DNA from: Candidatus Velamenicoccus archaeovorus
GTDB taxonomy: Bacteria > Actinomycetota > UBA4738 > HRBIN12
Direction of reading: 5' to 3'
Length of the DNA: 33,433 nt
Assembly (NCBI GenBank): GCA_041946645.1
Contig: JBHGAT010000007.1
Span: 1-33,433 of the forward strand
This document shows positions 18,551-27,100 of this stretch, piece by piece. A program made the position numbers and the translations under genes. The notes under the pieces were generated by a model. It was not told where the DNA came from. It did not search any database and saw only the letters and a list, made by a program, of their open reading frames with translations. Numbering within the stretch: position 1 is the stretch's first letter; every line of letters begins with the position of its first letter.

Positions 18551-20521
18551 ATGAAGCGCAATCCTGGAGGCGAAATGGGGAAGTCGCCGGACGCGCTGAA
18601 GAGTCCGCTCGGACTCGGCCTCGTTAATCCCACCATCGAACTCGTGACATCCGCTGGACGTTTGACGGGAGGCAAGCGCGCTCTCGACCTCGATCGAGTG
18701 CAAGTCCGCCTGAGGTCGATCCCATCTTTGAGCATCGAGTTCGAAGGGTCCACGCGTTCGGCCGATCCCGCGGTGGTGAGGCTGGCGTTCGACAGGTGGG
18801 AGCCTCGAGGTCTGTCGTTGCCTGAGTTCGCGGGCGCCGGGAGGACCTATCAAGAGACTGTCCAGCTGGGTGGCGACTTTCGGAGGTCCGTGTACCGGGT
18901 CAGAGCGCGTGGGCAGTTGCGTACGATCCGACTTGGCCGAGGGAGGAGATTCGGCAGCGCGCTCTTCCATCTGCCGAACTTCCCACACTTCGTCGGTCTG
19001 TCGATCACCGACGAGAATGCGATATGGAGGGGTCGGCTCATCCTCAACTCGAGCCCCTGGCGCGTTTGCCTGGACGCGCGTCGTGAGATCTCGGATCTGG
19101 TGTCCGGCCTCCGTGAGATGGGTGGCCACGCCTTCACGCATGTTTGCCGAATCGATCAGGGCGGTCGACCCTTCGGCCGTGCGGAGGCGGCCGAGTGCCT
19201 TGACGCGCTGCACTGGTTCCTGTCGTTCGTCGCGGGGAAGTGGACTGCTCCGATGCTCATTCACGGGCGATCGAAAGGAGGCCACGAGACGTTCCGCGAG
19301 TGGAGCGACGGACGCGTCGATCCTGGAATCGGTGGGTTCCGGTGGTGCGATGAAACGGTCTGGGCCTCCGCCCAAGAGGCGTTCGTCGGCTACATGTCTC
19401 GTTGGTCGGACCCGGCTTGGCAACAGGGCTTGCGAGTCGCCATTGGGCAGTACATCAGTTCGAACAAGCCCAATCCGATCGAAGGCGCCATCATCTCGGC
19501 GCAGTCCGGGCTCGAGCTTCTTGCGTGGCTACACTTGGTGGAGGACCGGCGGGCAGTTAGGGCGCCAGATTGGGACCGGCGAAGAGGAGACTGGAAGATC
19601 CGTGAGCTGCTTCGTCTCGCGAAGATCGATCCTATGGTCCCTCCTGGTCTGTCTCGGCTGCTTCGTTTGAATCCATCGTGGAAGGATGGACCGGACGTCA
19701 TTGCCGGAGTGAGGAACGATCTTGTGCACCCGACGCGTGCGGGTGGTCGCGTCGGATGGCCAAGCGAGGTGCTGCTTGATGCGTGGCTTCTGGCGTCGCG
19801 CTACCTCGAACTCGTTCTTCTCTTCAGCATCGGTGTAACAGGTCCGATCAGGAACCGATTGAATCCGAACGTCTGGGTCGGGTCGGTCGAGAAGCCTCCG
19901 TGGACTCCCGGAGGCCGCTCCCCGCGCGTACCGCCGCGCTACTGGTTAACTCGATACGAACCTCGCGCCCTCCGCGCGAAGCATCGCGTACGTGTTGATC
20001 CAGGGGACTCCGAGAGCCTGGCAAGCGTTCGGGATCTTGATCTTCCTCGTGCTTGCGGGCTCGTAGACCTCCTGGGTCACCGCGGTGTGCCCGTGAGCAT
20101 GAGCGTGAGCCACGAGGTAGTAGTCGGCTGCTTGAAAGAACTCGTTGACGACGGCCTTGGTGAAGGGCTGCGCCTGAGCCCACTTCGCCACTTCTCTCAA
20201 GCTGTCGAGCACAGGCACATCGGGGGAGAGGAAGAAGCCACCAGCCCGGACGCGATTCCTCGTCCAATCCGACAGCTCGTCGCCGTAACCAAGGAGTTCC
20301 TGGGCAACCTTCTCGATGCTGAAGACCTTGCCGTCCGCATTGGCGTCCACCAGCCAGTCCCAGAAGGCCGGTACGATATCCAAGCCGTAGTATTGGTTCT
20401 TGGCCTGGATGAACACGTTGGCGTCGAGCAGGTAACTCATCCAGTGACGCCGAGCTTCTCAGTCAATTCGTGGAAGGTTGACAGCTTCTTGAAGCCGAGC
20501 ATCTGGAACGCGTCGCGATAG
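18551..20521 (+). CDS. Uncharacterised protein between hsdS and hsdR; about 300-aa N-terminal domain plus helical C-terminal region with Rx4H (HEPN-like) motif; 3' end uncertain
   Basis: The frame is open from 18551 (alternative ATG at 18575 preceded by GGAGG) with no stop until 20521. Protein-like sequence runs to about aa 455 (about nt 19930). The GVRNDLVHP motif lies at 19712-19729 inside predicted helices. The last ~190 codons are antisense to the DUF4411 and ImmA genes and are probably not real. Confidence 0.5.
   Translation: MKRNPGGEMGKSPDALKSPLGLGLVNPTIELVTSAGRLTGGKRALDLDRVQVRLRSIPSLSIEFEGSTRSADPAVVRLAFDRWEPRGLSLPEFAGAGRTYQETVQLGGDFRRSVYRVRARGQLRTIRLGRGRRFGSALFHLPNFPHFVGLSITDENAIWRGRLILNSSPWRVCLDARREISDLVSGLREMGGHAFTHVCRIDQGGRPFGRAEAAECLDALHWFLSFVAGKWTAPMLIHGRSKGGHETFREWSDGRVDPGIGGFRWCDETVWASAQEAFVGYMSRWSDPAWQQGLRVAIGQYISSNKPNPIEGAIISAQSGLELLAWLHLVEDRRAVRAPDWDRRRGDWKIRELLRLAKIDPMVPPGLSRLLRLNPSWKDGPDVIAGVRNDLVHPTRAGGRVGWPSEVLLDAWLLASRYLELVLLFSIGVTGPIRNRLNPNVWVGSVEKPPWTPGGRSPRVPPRYWLTRYEPRALRAKHRVRVDPGDSESLASVRDLDLPRACGLVDLLGHRGVPVSMSVSHEVVVGCLKELVDDGLGEGLRLSPLRHFSQAVEHRHIGGEEEATSPDAIPRPIRQLVAVTKEFLGNLLDAEDLAVRIGVHQPVPEGRYDIQAVVLVLGLDEHVGVEQVTHPVTPSFSVNSWKVDSFLKPSIWNASR
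19946..20440 (-). CDS. DUF4411-family PIN-like protein (putative toxin/nuclease)
   Basis: 164-aa ORF. The N-terminus MSYLLDANVFIQAKNQYYGLDIVPAFWDWL is the characteristic DUF4411 opening. The ATG overlaps the stop of the upstream ImmA gene (ATGA at 20440-20437). Confidence 0.85.
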   Translation of the reverse strand: MSYLLDANVFIQAKNQYYGLDIVPAFWDWLVDANADGKVFSIEKVAQELLGYGDELSDWTRNRVRAGGFFLSPDVPVLDSLREVAKWAQAQPFTKAVVNEFFQAADYYLVAHAHAHGHTAVTQEVYEPASTRKIKIPNACQALGVPWINTYAMLRAEGARFVSS

Positions 20522-21585
20522 AGCGTCTCGCCTTCGAGGGTGTCCGCGATGAGCGCGCGTGCGAAGCGCTTGCTCACCCGGACGGGTAGTGTGTTGTAGA
20601 AATTGCCCCCCTCGCCGCGTTCGCCTATCAGGGCCAAGACACGTGCAAGCTCCTCTTGGTAGAGGGCAGGGAAGCGACTCGGATCGATGTAGCCGGCGTC
20701 CCGGATCCGCCTGAGCACCACGAGCGTGCTCACCCTGAATCTTGCAGCCAGACGTTTGAGCTCGGATGTCAGGTCCGGCCCCTGACGGAACTCCGTGCGG
20801 AGTTCGTCGATAGGGACGAGCAGCTCGGCAGCAACGCCGTTACACCAGCGCTCGGCCGGGATGCTGGGAGTTGCATCCGGCGTGGCATCGGAGAGAGCTG
20901 TCTGCCCGAGCCACAGGTGCGCGATCTCGTGGGCAAGGGTGAAGATCTGCGCGGCCTTCGTATCCGCGCCGTTGATGAACACCACCGGCGCAAGGTCATC
21001 GACAAGAGCGAATCCCCTGAACTCGCGAGGGTCGAGTTTCCTGTGAGTGTTGCTGCCGACGACACCGTTGATCATCACCAGGATCCCCAGGTCCTCCGCT
21101 CGCTCCGTCAATCGCGTGAGTGCGGCGGTCCAGGAGTTCCCCCGGGCGGCGGCATCGAACTCGAGTGCAGCTCGGATCTCACTCGCCGCGTGAGTGACCC
21201 CATCCTCCACCGTCAGGGATCCGACGAAGGGGAGGGGGTCAGCGCCGCTTCTCAATCCGTGTTCCCGGTACCACGCCTGTCGCTGCTGGGCCTGATAGAT
21301 CGTGTCGAGGAGGTCGGCGCTGGGTCGTTCGATCGCGGCATCCGTCATCGTCCGGAAGTCCGGGATCGGGAGCGGGTCGGCTGGCGGCTCCTCCAGGAGC
21401 AGGTATCCCACTGGCGTGTGTGTGGCCAGGGCGAATCGCTCGAGCTGTTTCAGCGTGGGTCGGGCGTCCTCTGCCTCCCAGGCAGGGAGCTTCGGGAACC
21501 GGTTCACGAGGTCGTCGACGTCGAGGCGGGCTCTGTCCCGAGCCCACTCGAGAAGTCCCCCCCGCACCTGGACGCGCAACACCAT
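20437..21585 (-). CDS. XRE-like HTH + ImmA/IrrE (COG2856) zinc metallopeptidase
   Basis: Starts at the ATG at 21585 (MVLRVQVRGGLLEWARDRARL...). The N-terminal HTH-like region contains PTLKQLERFALATHTPVGYLL. The metallopeptidase motif is FTLAHEIAHLWLGQ. Confidence 0.88.
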   Translation of the reverse strand: MVLRVQVRGGLLEWARDRARLDVDDLVNRFPKLPAWEAEDARPTLKQLERFALATHTPVGYLLLEEPPADPLPIPDFRTMTDAAIERPSADLLDTIYQAQQRQAWYREHGLRSGADPLPFVGSLTVEDGVTHAASEIRAALEFDAAARGNSWTAALTRLTERAEDLGILVMINGVVGSNTHRKLDPREFRGFALVDDLAPVVFINGADTKAAQIFTLAHEIAHLWLGQTALSDATPDATPSIPAERWCNGVAAELLVPIDELRTEFRQGPDLTSELKRLAARFRVSTLVVLRRIRDAGYIDPSRFPALYQEELARVLALIGERGEGGNFYNTLPVRVSKRFARALIADTLEGETLYRDAFQMLGFKKLSTFHELTEKLGVTG

Positions 21586-21662
21586 GGCGATATTGTGCCC
21601 GCCGCCACGACACGCTGCGGCTGATCGGCAATTCGCCTTCAGCGGGTTGGGGGGGAGGGGTT

Positions 21663-21686
21663 GCATCATGATGCTATGATGTCAAC
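21663..21686 (+). promoter_or_regulatory. Candidate operator and extended -10 promoter giving a leaderless RHH-PIN transcript
   Basis: A perfect 12-bp palindrome GCATCATGATGC lies at 21663-21674. TGC-TATGAT (extended -10; hexamer 21675-21680) ends 6 nt before the ATG at 21687. No SD sequence is present. Confidence 0.4.
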
Positions 21687-21917
21687 ATGCCGAAGATTCG
21701 GACCACGCTGACGATCGACGACGAGGTGCTCCGCCAGGTCAAGGTTCGCGCCGCACGCACCGGCAAGGGCGAGAGCGAGATCATCGAGGAGGCGCTGCGG
21801 CGCGACCTTGGGCTCGATCTGCTCGAGGGCCTCTGGGCCAAGAACCGGATGGCGGACGACGAGGCGACGGCCCTGGCGGTCGAGGCTCAGCACGCCACGA
21901 GGCGCCGACGACGCTGA
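21687..21917 (+). CDS. Ribbon-helix-helix (CopG-like) antitoxin
   Basis: 76-aa ORF. MPKIRTTLTIDDEVLRQVKVRAARTGKGESEIIEEALRR fits the RHH beta-strand/helix pattern. It lies 3 nt upstream of a PIN gene. Confidence 0.8.
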   Translation: MPKIRTTLTIDDEVLRQVKVRAARTGKGESEIIEEALRRDLGLDLLEGLWAKNRMADDEATALAVEAQHATRRRRR

Positions 21918-21920
21918 CCG

Positions 21921-22337
21921 GTGCGCGCCGTCCTCGACCCGAACGTCATCATCTCGGGTCTCCTGTCGCCGAACGGCGTGCCGGCGACGCTCCTCAAGGA
22001 GTGGGAGCGGGGGGCCTTCGAGCTGGTGGTCTCGGACCTCCTGCTCGATGAGCTCGAACGAGCGCTCGCCTACCCGAAGCTCCGGAAGCACATCTCCCGG
22101 GAGGAGGCGGCCGCCGTCCTCGAGTGGCTGGCTCGATCGGCGATCGTCGCTCCCGACCCCGACGAGCCGCCGCCGGTGCGCTCGCCAGACCCGGGCGACG
22201 ACTACCTGATCGCGCTGGCCGCTGCGCAGGACGCCGTGCTCGTCTCCGGAGATCGGCACCTGCTGGGGCTGTCCGGAGAGGCGCCCGTCCTGTCGCCGGC
22301 GGAGTTCAGCCGTTCCTGGCTCGCCGGCGGACCGTGA
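21921..22337 (+). CDS. PIN-domain toxin (TIGR00305-like PIN family)
   Basis: 138-aa ORF with RAVLDPNVIISGLLSPNGVPATLL, ELVVSDLLLDELERAL, PDPGDDYLIALAAAQDAVLVSGDRHLL, carrying the conserved acidic residues of PIN domains. Confidence 0.85.
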   Translation: MRAVLDPNVIISGLLSPNGVPATLLKEWERGAFELVVSDLLLDELERALAYPKLRKHISREEAAAVLEWLARSAIVAPDPDEPPPVRSPDPGDDYLIALAAAQDAVLVSGDRHLLGLSGEAPVLSPAEFSRSWLAGGP

Positions 22338-22370
22338 CGAAGCGTGGCCTCCAGGTACGGAGGAAGCGGC

Positions 22371-23624
22371 TTAGGTCCCATCGAACAACGACGGGTGGTC
22401 TGCCTTCGCCGTATCCGGCGAGCCCTCGGAACCGGCGGCGGCCGGCTGCCTGAAGTGCTTCCCCAGCGTGTCGACCTGCCCCTGGTACGAGGAGCCGATC
22501 CCCTCCCCGTACAGGACGTCGGGGCGCTCGACCATCCGCTCGAACGACAGCCGGCACACGCGCTGGCGGTGCTCGATCGCGAAGGGGACATCGTGGGCCC
22601 GGACCTCGAGCGCGGCCCGGGACCCGAGGAACCGGTCCTCGGGGTCGTAGCCGAACCCCGGATCGAAGAACCCGGCGTAGTGCGTCCGCAGCTCCCCGCT
22701 GGTGGGGTCGTACGCGGTCATCTCCGCGGCATAGTCGGGAGGGATCCGGACGGCCTCCTCCGACAGCAGCAGGTAGAAGTGCTCTGGGGTCAGCACGATC
22801 CGGTCGCCCTCCTCCCGGTACACCGGATCCCAGTAGTCCTCCCACCGGTAGTGCGCGACCTTGTCCATCTCGATGGGCGGTGTGAAGTCCCTCGCCCGGT
22901 ACCCGACGCGCCCGTTCTCATCTCCCCGAAGGTCGAGGCCGAGGAACAGGCCGTCGGAGACCGCCAGCCCGCTCGGCGGCACGGCTTGCCCGGCGCGGAA
23001 GAGCAGCGGCTGCTCGGCGTGCAGCGCTTCGATCTCCTCGTCGTCCAGGCGAGCCCGCCCGATCGAGAGGCGGAGCTGGTTGAGCGCGAGCCCCTCCTTC
23101 ACGCGGACCGTGAAGGACAGCGGGACGATCTCCAGGTACAGCTTGCCGTGGTAGCCGGGATTGATCTCGTCGAACCGGAAGCTCTGGTCGGTGATCACGC
23201 GCGTGAACACGTCGAGACGTCCGGTGGAGCTCTTCGGGTTGGCGCGGCCCCGGACGTCCGGCGGCAGGTCGAGGTGCTCGATCAGCGGGACGACGTACGG
23301 GCGGTTGGTCTCGAGGACCGCGCCGTCCCGGCGCAGGTCGATCTCGTCGACCAGGAACTCCTTGAGCTTGACCTCCACCGGTCGCTTGTCGGGGAGGAAG
23401 CTGGAACGGATCCGGTAGGCGATCTCACCGAGTCGAAGGTCCAGGCTCGCGGGCTGGAAGCTCGAGGCGGGGATCTTGTATTCGCCTCCGTCGACGAAGC
23501 CCAGCTCGACGGCCCTCCGCAGGAGCTGGCTGGGCAGGACGCCCTTCGCACCGGGAGGAAGGCCGAGACGCGACGCGCCGGCTCCCGGGTCCAGATCCCC
23601 CTGCTTCAGCTCGTCCGCCATCAC
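22371..23624 (-). CDS. Long-form 2'-deoxycytidine 5'-triphosphate deaminase-like protein (dUTPase-fold, tandem-lobe DCD family)
   Basis: 417-aa ORF with QPASLDLRLGEIAYRIRSSFLP, NPKSSTGRLDVFTRVITD, GYHGKLYLEIVPLSF. The C-terminal lobe is THYAGFFDPGFGYDPEDRFLGSRAALEVRAHD, with a catalytic-type Glu in LEV. Confidence 0.78.
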   Translation of the reverse strand: MMADELKQGDLDPGAGASRLGLPPGAKGVLPSQLLRRAVELGFVDGGEYKIPASSFQPASLDLRLGEIAYRIRSSFLPDKRPVEVKLKEFLVDEIDLRRDGAVLETNRPYVVPLIEHLDLPPDVRGRANPKSSTGRLDVFTRVITDQSFRFDEINPGYHGKLYLEIVPLSFTVRVKEGLALNQLRLSIGRARLDDEEIEALHAEQPLLFRAGQAVPPSGLAVSDGLFLGLDLRGDENGRVGYRARDFTPPIEMDKVAHYRWEDYWDPVYREEGDRIVLTPEHFYLLLSEEAVRIPPDYAAEMTAYDPTSGELRTHYAGFFDPGFGYDPEDRFLGSRAALEVRAHDVPFAIEHRQRVCRLSFERMVERPDVLYGEGIGSSYQGQVDTLGKHFRQPAAAGSEGSPDTAKADHPSLFDGT

Positions 23625-23680
23625 GCTCCCGCCACACGCGTGGACCGCGCTAGCTTAGCGAGCGCAGGAGGGCCGGTGGC

Positions 23681-24070
23681 TCAGCCGTTGGTGGCTCTCG
23701 GCCGGACCCCGACGGCGAGGGCCACCTGCGTGAGGTCGGAGCGCATCGCGTCCAGCGACGCCTGGAGGGTGTCGAACCGATGCTCCAACCGTTCCTCCAG
23801 GCGATCGATCCGCTGGATCAGGCCCTCGAACCGCTGATCGACGGCTTCGAACCGCCGCTCGAACCTGAGCTCCACGCCCTCGAACCGCTGATCGACGGCC
23901 TCGAAGCGTCCATCCACGGTATCGAACCTTCGATCCGCGGCGTCGAAGCGCCGGTCGATGGCATCGAAGTGCCGGTCGATGGCCTGGAAACGGCCCTTGC
24001 CGAGCCATCCCAGGATCAGCCCCACAGCCGCGACCACCGCCGCGTTGATCACGGTCCCGAGCACGTCCAT
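23681..24070 (-). CDS. Small membrane-anchored coiled-coil protein built of xRF(D/E)xxD heptad repeats
   Basis: The ATG at 24070 is preceded by GGAGAGGA. The 129-aa protein has an N-terminal TM helix MDVLGTVINAAVVAAVGLILGWL. This is followed by GRFQAID RHFDAID RRFDAAD RRFDTVD GRFEAVD QRFEGVE LRFE RRFEAVD QRFEGLI and a leucine-rich helix. The gene lies 56 nt upstream of the dcd-like gene on the same strand. Confidence 0.6.
   Translation of the reverse strand: MDVLGTVINAAVVAAVGLILGWLGKGRFQAIDRHFDAIDRRFDAADRRFDTVDGRFEAVDQRFEGVELRFERRFEAVDQRFEGLIQRIDRLEERLEHRFDTLQASLDAMRSDLTQVALAVGVRPRATNG
23816..23995 (-). repeat. About 8.5 imperfect tandem copies of a 21-bp unit (coding heptads)
   Basis: On the plus strand the unit cgaaccgctgatcgacggc(t/c)t and its variants recur with 21-bp period. 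The repeats are in frame with the 23681..24070 ORF, and one copy is shortened to 12 bp. Confidence 0.8.
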
Positions 24071-24158
24071 CGGTCGAGATCCTCTCCGGGGGAGGAACGG
24101 CCCGTTGCCTCCTCGCGGAAGGGTAGCATCGGAGGGCGACAGGGCAGCGGGGGCGCGG

Positions 24159-27100
24159 ATGAAGGTCACCAGGGAGATCGCGTTCGAGGATGCGATCGTC
24201 GAGTGGCTGATCGCCGAGGGTGGCTACACGAAGGGCCTCCCCACCCACTACGACCCGGCGATCGCGCTCGACACCGCCGAGCTCTTCACCTTCATCGGCG
24301 CGACCCAGCCCGACGAGTGGGAGGAGCTCGTCCGGCGGGGCGGCGGCGACCCCGATCTGGCCCAGCGGCGCTTCGTCGAGCGCCTGGCCAGGCAGATCGA
24401 TGAGCGCGGCACGATCGACGTCCTGCGCCACGGGGTCGAGGACCTCGGCGTCGGGATCCACCTCGCCTCCTTCCGGCCAGCCTCCGGCCTGAACCCCGAC
24501 CTCGAGCGGAAGTACGAGGCCAACCGGCTGACGGTGATCCGCCAGCTCCACTACGCGCCGGAGCACGCGAACGCACTGGACCTGACCCTGTTCGTGAACG
24601 GCCTGCCCGTAGCGACGGCCGAGCTCAAGAACCCGCTCACGCACCAGACGGTCGAACACGCCATGGCCCAGTACCGGACGGATCGGGACCCGCGCGACGC
24701 GCTGCTCGGCAGGCGTGCGGTCGTCCACTTCGCTGTGGACCCGGACCTCGTGATGATGACCACCAGGCTCGAGGGCGCGGCGACGCGGTTCCTGCCGTTC
24801 AACCGAGGCAGCGATCCCGGCGGCACCGCCTGCGGCGCCGGCAACCCACCGAACCCGGACGGCTACGCCACCTCGTACCTGTGGGAGCAGGTGTGGGAGC
24901 GGGATGCCTGGCTCGACATCCTGAGCCGGTTCGTGCACGTCGAGCCGAGCAAGCCGGGCGCGAAAGGGAGGGCGGCCCGCCGTGATGCGACCATCATCTT
25001 CCCGCGGTTCCACCAGTGGGACGCGGTCCGCAGGCTCGAGGCGCACGCGCGCGAGCACGGCCCGGGTCGCAACTACCTGGTCCAGCACTCGGCCGGCTCG
25101 GGCAAGTCGAACACGATCGCGTGGCTCGCCCACCGGCTGGCCTCCCTCCACGACCCGGCCGACCGGAAGGTGTTCGACAAGGTGGTCGTGGTGACCGACC
25201 GGCGGGTGCTCGACCGGCAGCTGCAGGACACGGTCTACCAGTTCGAGCACGCGCACGGCGTGGTGAAGAAGGTCGAGGAGTCCTCGAAGGAGCTGGCGGA
25301 GGCCCTCCGCTCGCTCGAGGCGAAGATCGTCGTCACCACCTTGCAGAAGTTCCCGTTCGTCGTGGAGGAGGTGGCCGAGCTCCCCGAACGCCGGTACGCG
25401 GTGATCGTGGACGAGGCCCACTCCTCGCAGACCGGCGAGACCGCCCAGGAGATGAAGAAGGCCCTCGCCGGCGTGAAGGTCGCCGAGGGCGAGGAGGGCG
25501 AGATCGATCCGCAGGACGCCCTGGACGCGCTGGTCGAGGCCTCGGCCCGGGCCCGTGGTCCGCACGAGAACCTGTCGATGTTCGCCTTCACGGCCACGCC
25601 CAAGGGCAAGACGCTCGAGCTGTTCGGCGAGCGCCCGGACGGGGACGGCCGCCACCGTCCGTTCCACCTCTACTCGATGCGCCAGGCGATCGAGGAGGGG
25701 TTCATCATGGACGTCCTCGAGCACTACACGACCTACGAGACCTACTTCCGCCTGGCACGGGCGGGGGAGGAGGACCCCGAGGTCTCGGTGCGGGAGGCCT
25801 CCAAGGCGATCGCCCGCTACGTGATGCTGCACCCGTCCGTGGTCGAGCAGAAGGCCGCGATCGTGGTCGAGCACGTCCACCGCTCCACCCGCCGCAGGAT
25901 CGGCGGCCGGGCCAAGGCCATGGTCGTGTGCCGCTCGCGGCTGTCGGCCGTCCGGTTCAAGCTCGCGATCGACGCGTACGCCCGCGAGCACGGGTACGGC
26001 GATCTGGGGACGCTGGTCGCGTTCTCCGGGACGGTGAACGACGGTGGGATCGACCGCACCGAGCCGAACATGAACGGCTTCCCCGAGTCCCAGACCGCCG
26101 AGCGGTTCGCGTCGGACGACTACCGGATCCTGGTGGTGGCGGAGAAGTTCCAGACCGGCTTCGACCAGCCGCTGCTCCACACGATGTTCGTGGACAAGAA
26201 GCTCGAGGGTGTGAACGCCGTCCAGACGCTCTCGCGGCTGAACCGGATCCACCCCGACAAGGAGGACACCTTCGTCCTGGACTTCGTGAATGACGCCGAG
26301 CAGATCCAGCGCGCGTTCGCGCCCTACTACGACGTCTCGGTGGCGTTCCCGAGCGACCCCAACGAGCTGTACGACGCCTGGCGGGAGCTCGACCGGTTCG
26401 GCGTGGTTCGGTCCGGGGACGTGGAGGCGTTCGCCCGGGAGTATTTCGGCGGCGGTGACGGCGCGCAGCGGCGATTGTACGCGCTGCTCGATCCGGCCCG
26501 GGAGCGGTTCCTCGAGCTCGAGGAGGAGGACCAGGAGGAGTGCCGGACCTGGCTGAAGCGGTTCATCTCGCGCTACGGGTTCGTCTCGCAGATCCTGCCG
26601 TTGGCCGACACCGCGATGGAGAAACGCTACGCGTACTGCCGGCTGCTCCAGCGGCGGCTGCCGTCGCAGCCCTCGGGGTCGATGGACCTGGGCGACCAGG
26701 TCCGGATGACGCACCTGCGCGTGACGAAGAGCGGCGAGCACGACCTCAGGCTGGAGAAGGGCGAAGGGGTCCTGCGGGCCTTCGGCGAGGGCGGGCCCGG
26801 CGGCTACGAGGAGTTGCTGGCGCCCCTCTCGGAGCTGATCCAGCGGCTGAACGAGCGGTTCGGCGCCGACCTGTCCGAGGCCGATCGCCTGCACCTGGAA
26901 GGGATCGGCGCCGACATGGCCGCCGACCCCGAGGTCCAGCAGCAGGCCGCGGCGAACACCAGGGAGAACTTCGGGATCGAGTTCGACAAGCGGTTCACCG
27001 ACGCGGTGGCTGCACGGATGCACCAGGCGGAGGAGCTGACGATCCGGATCCTCGATCGACCCGAGTTCCGCGAGGAGGTCGTGCGGACGCTCATGCCGCG

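Noticed and set aside
18446-19423. 325-aa minus-strand ORF opposite the HEPN-like gene
   Set aside because: It has no start context or motifs. The plus-strand frame has more protein-like composition, a GGAGG RBS option and tight spacing after hsdS.
23816-23995. Possible CRISPR array or non-coding satellite
   Set aside because: The period is only 21 bp with no spacers. The repeats are contiguous and in frame with an ORF that has an RBS and a TM helix, so they are coding heptad repeats.
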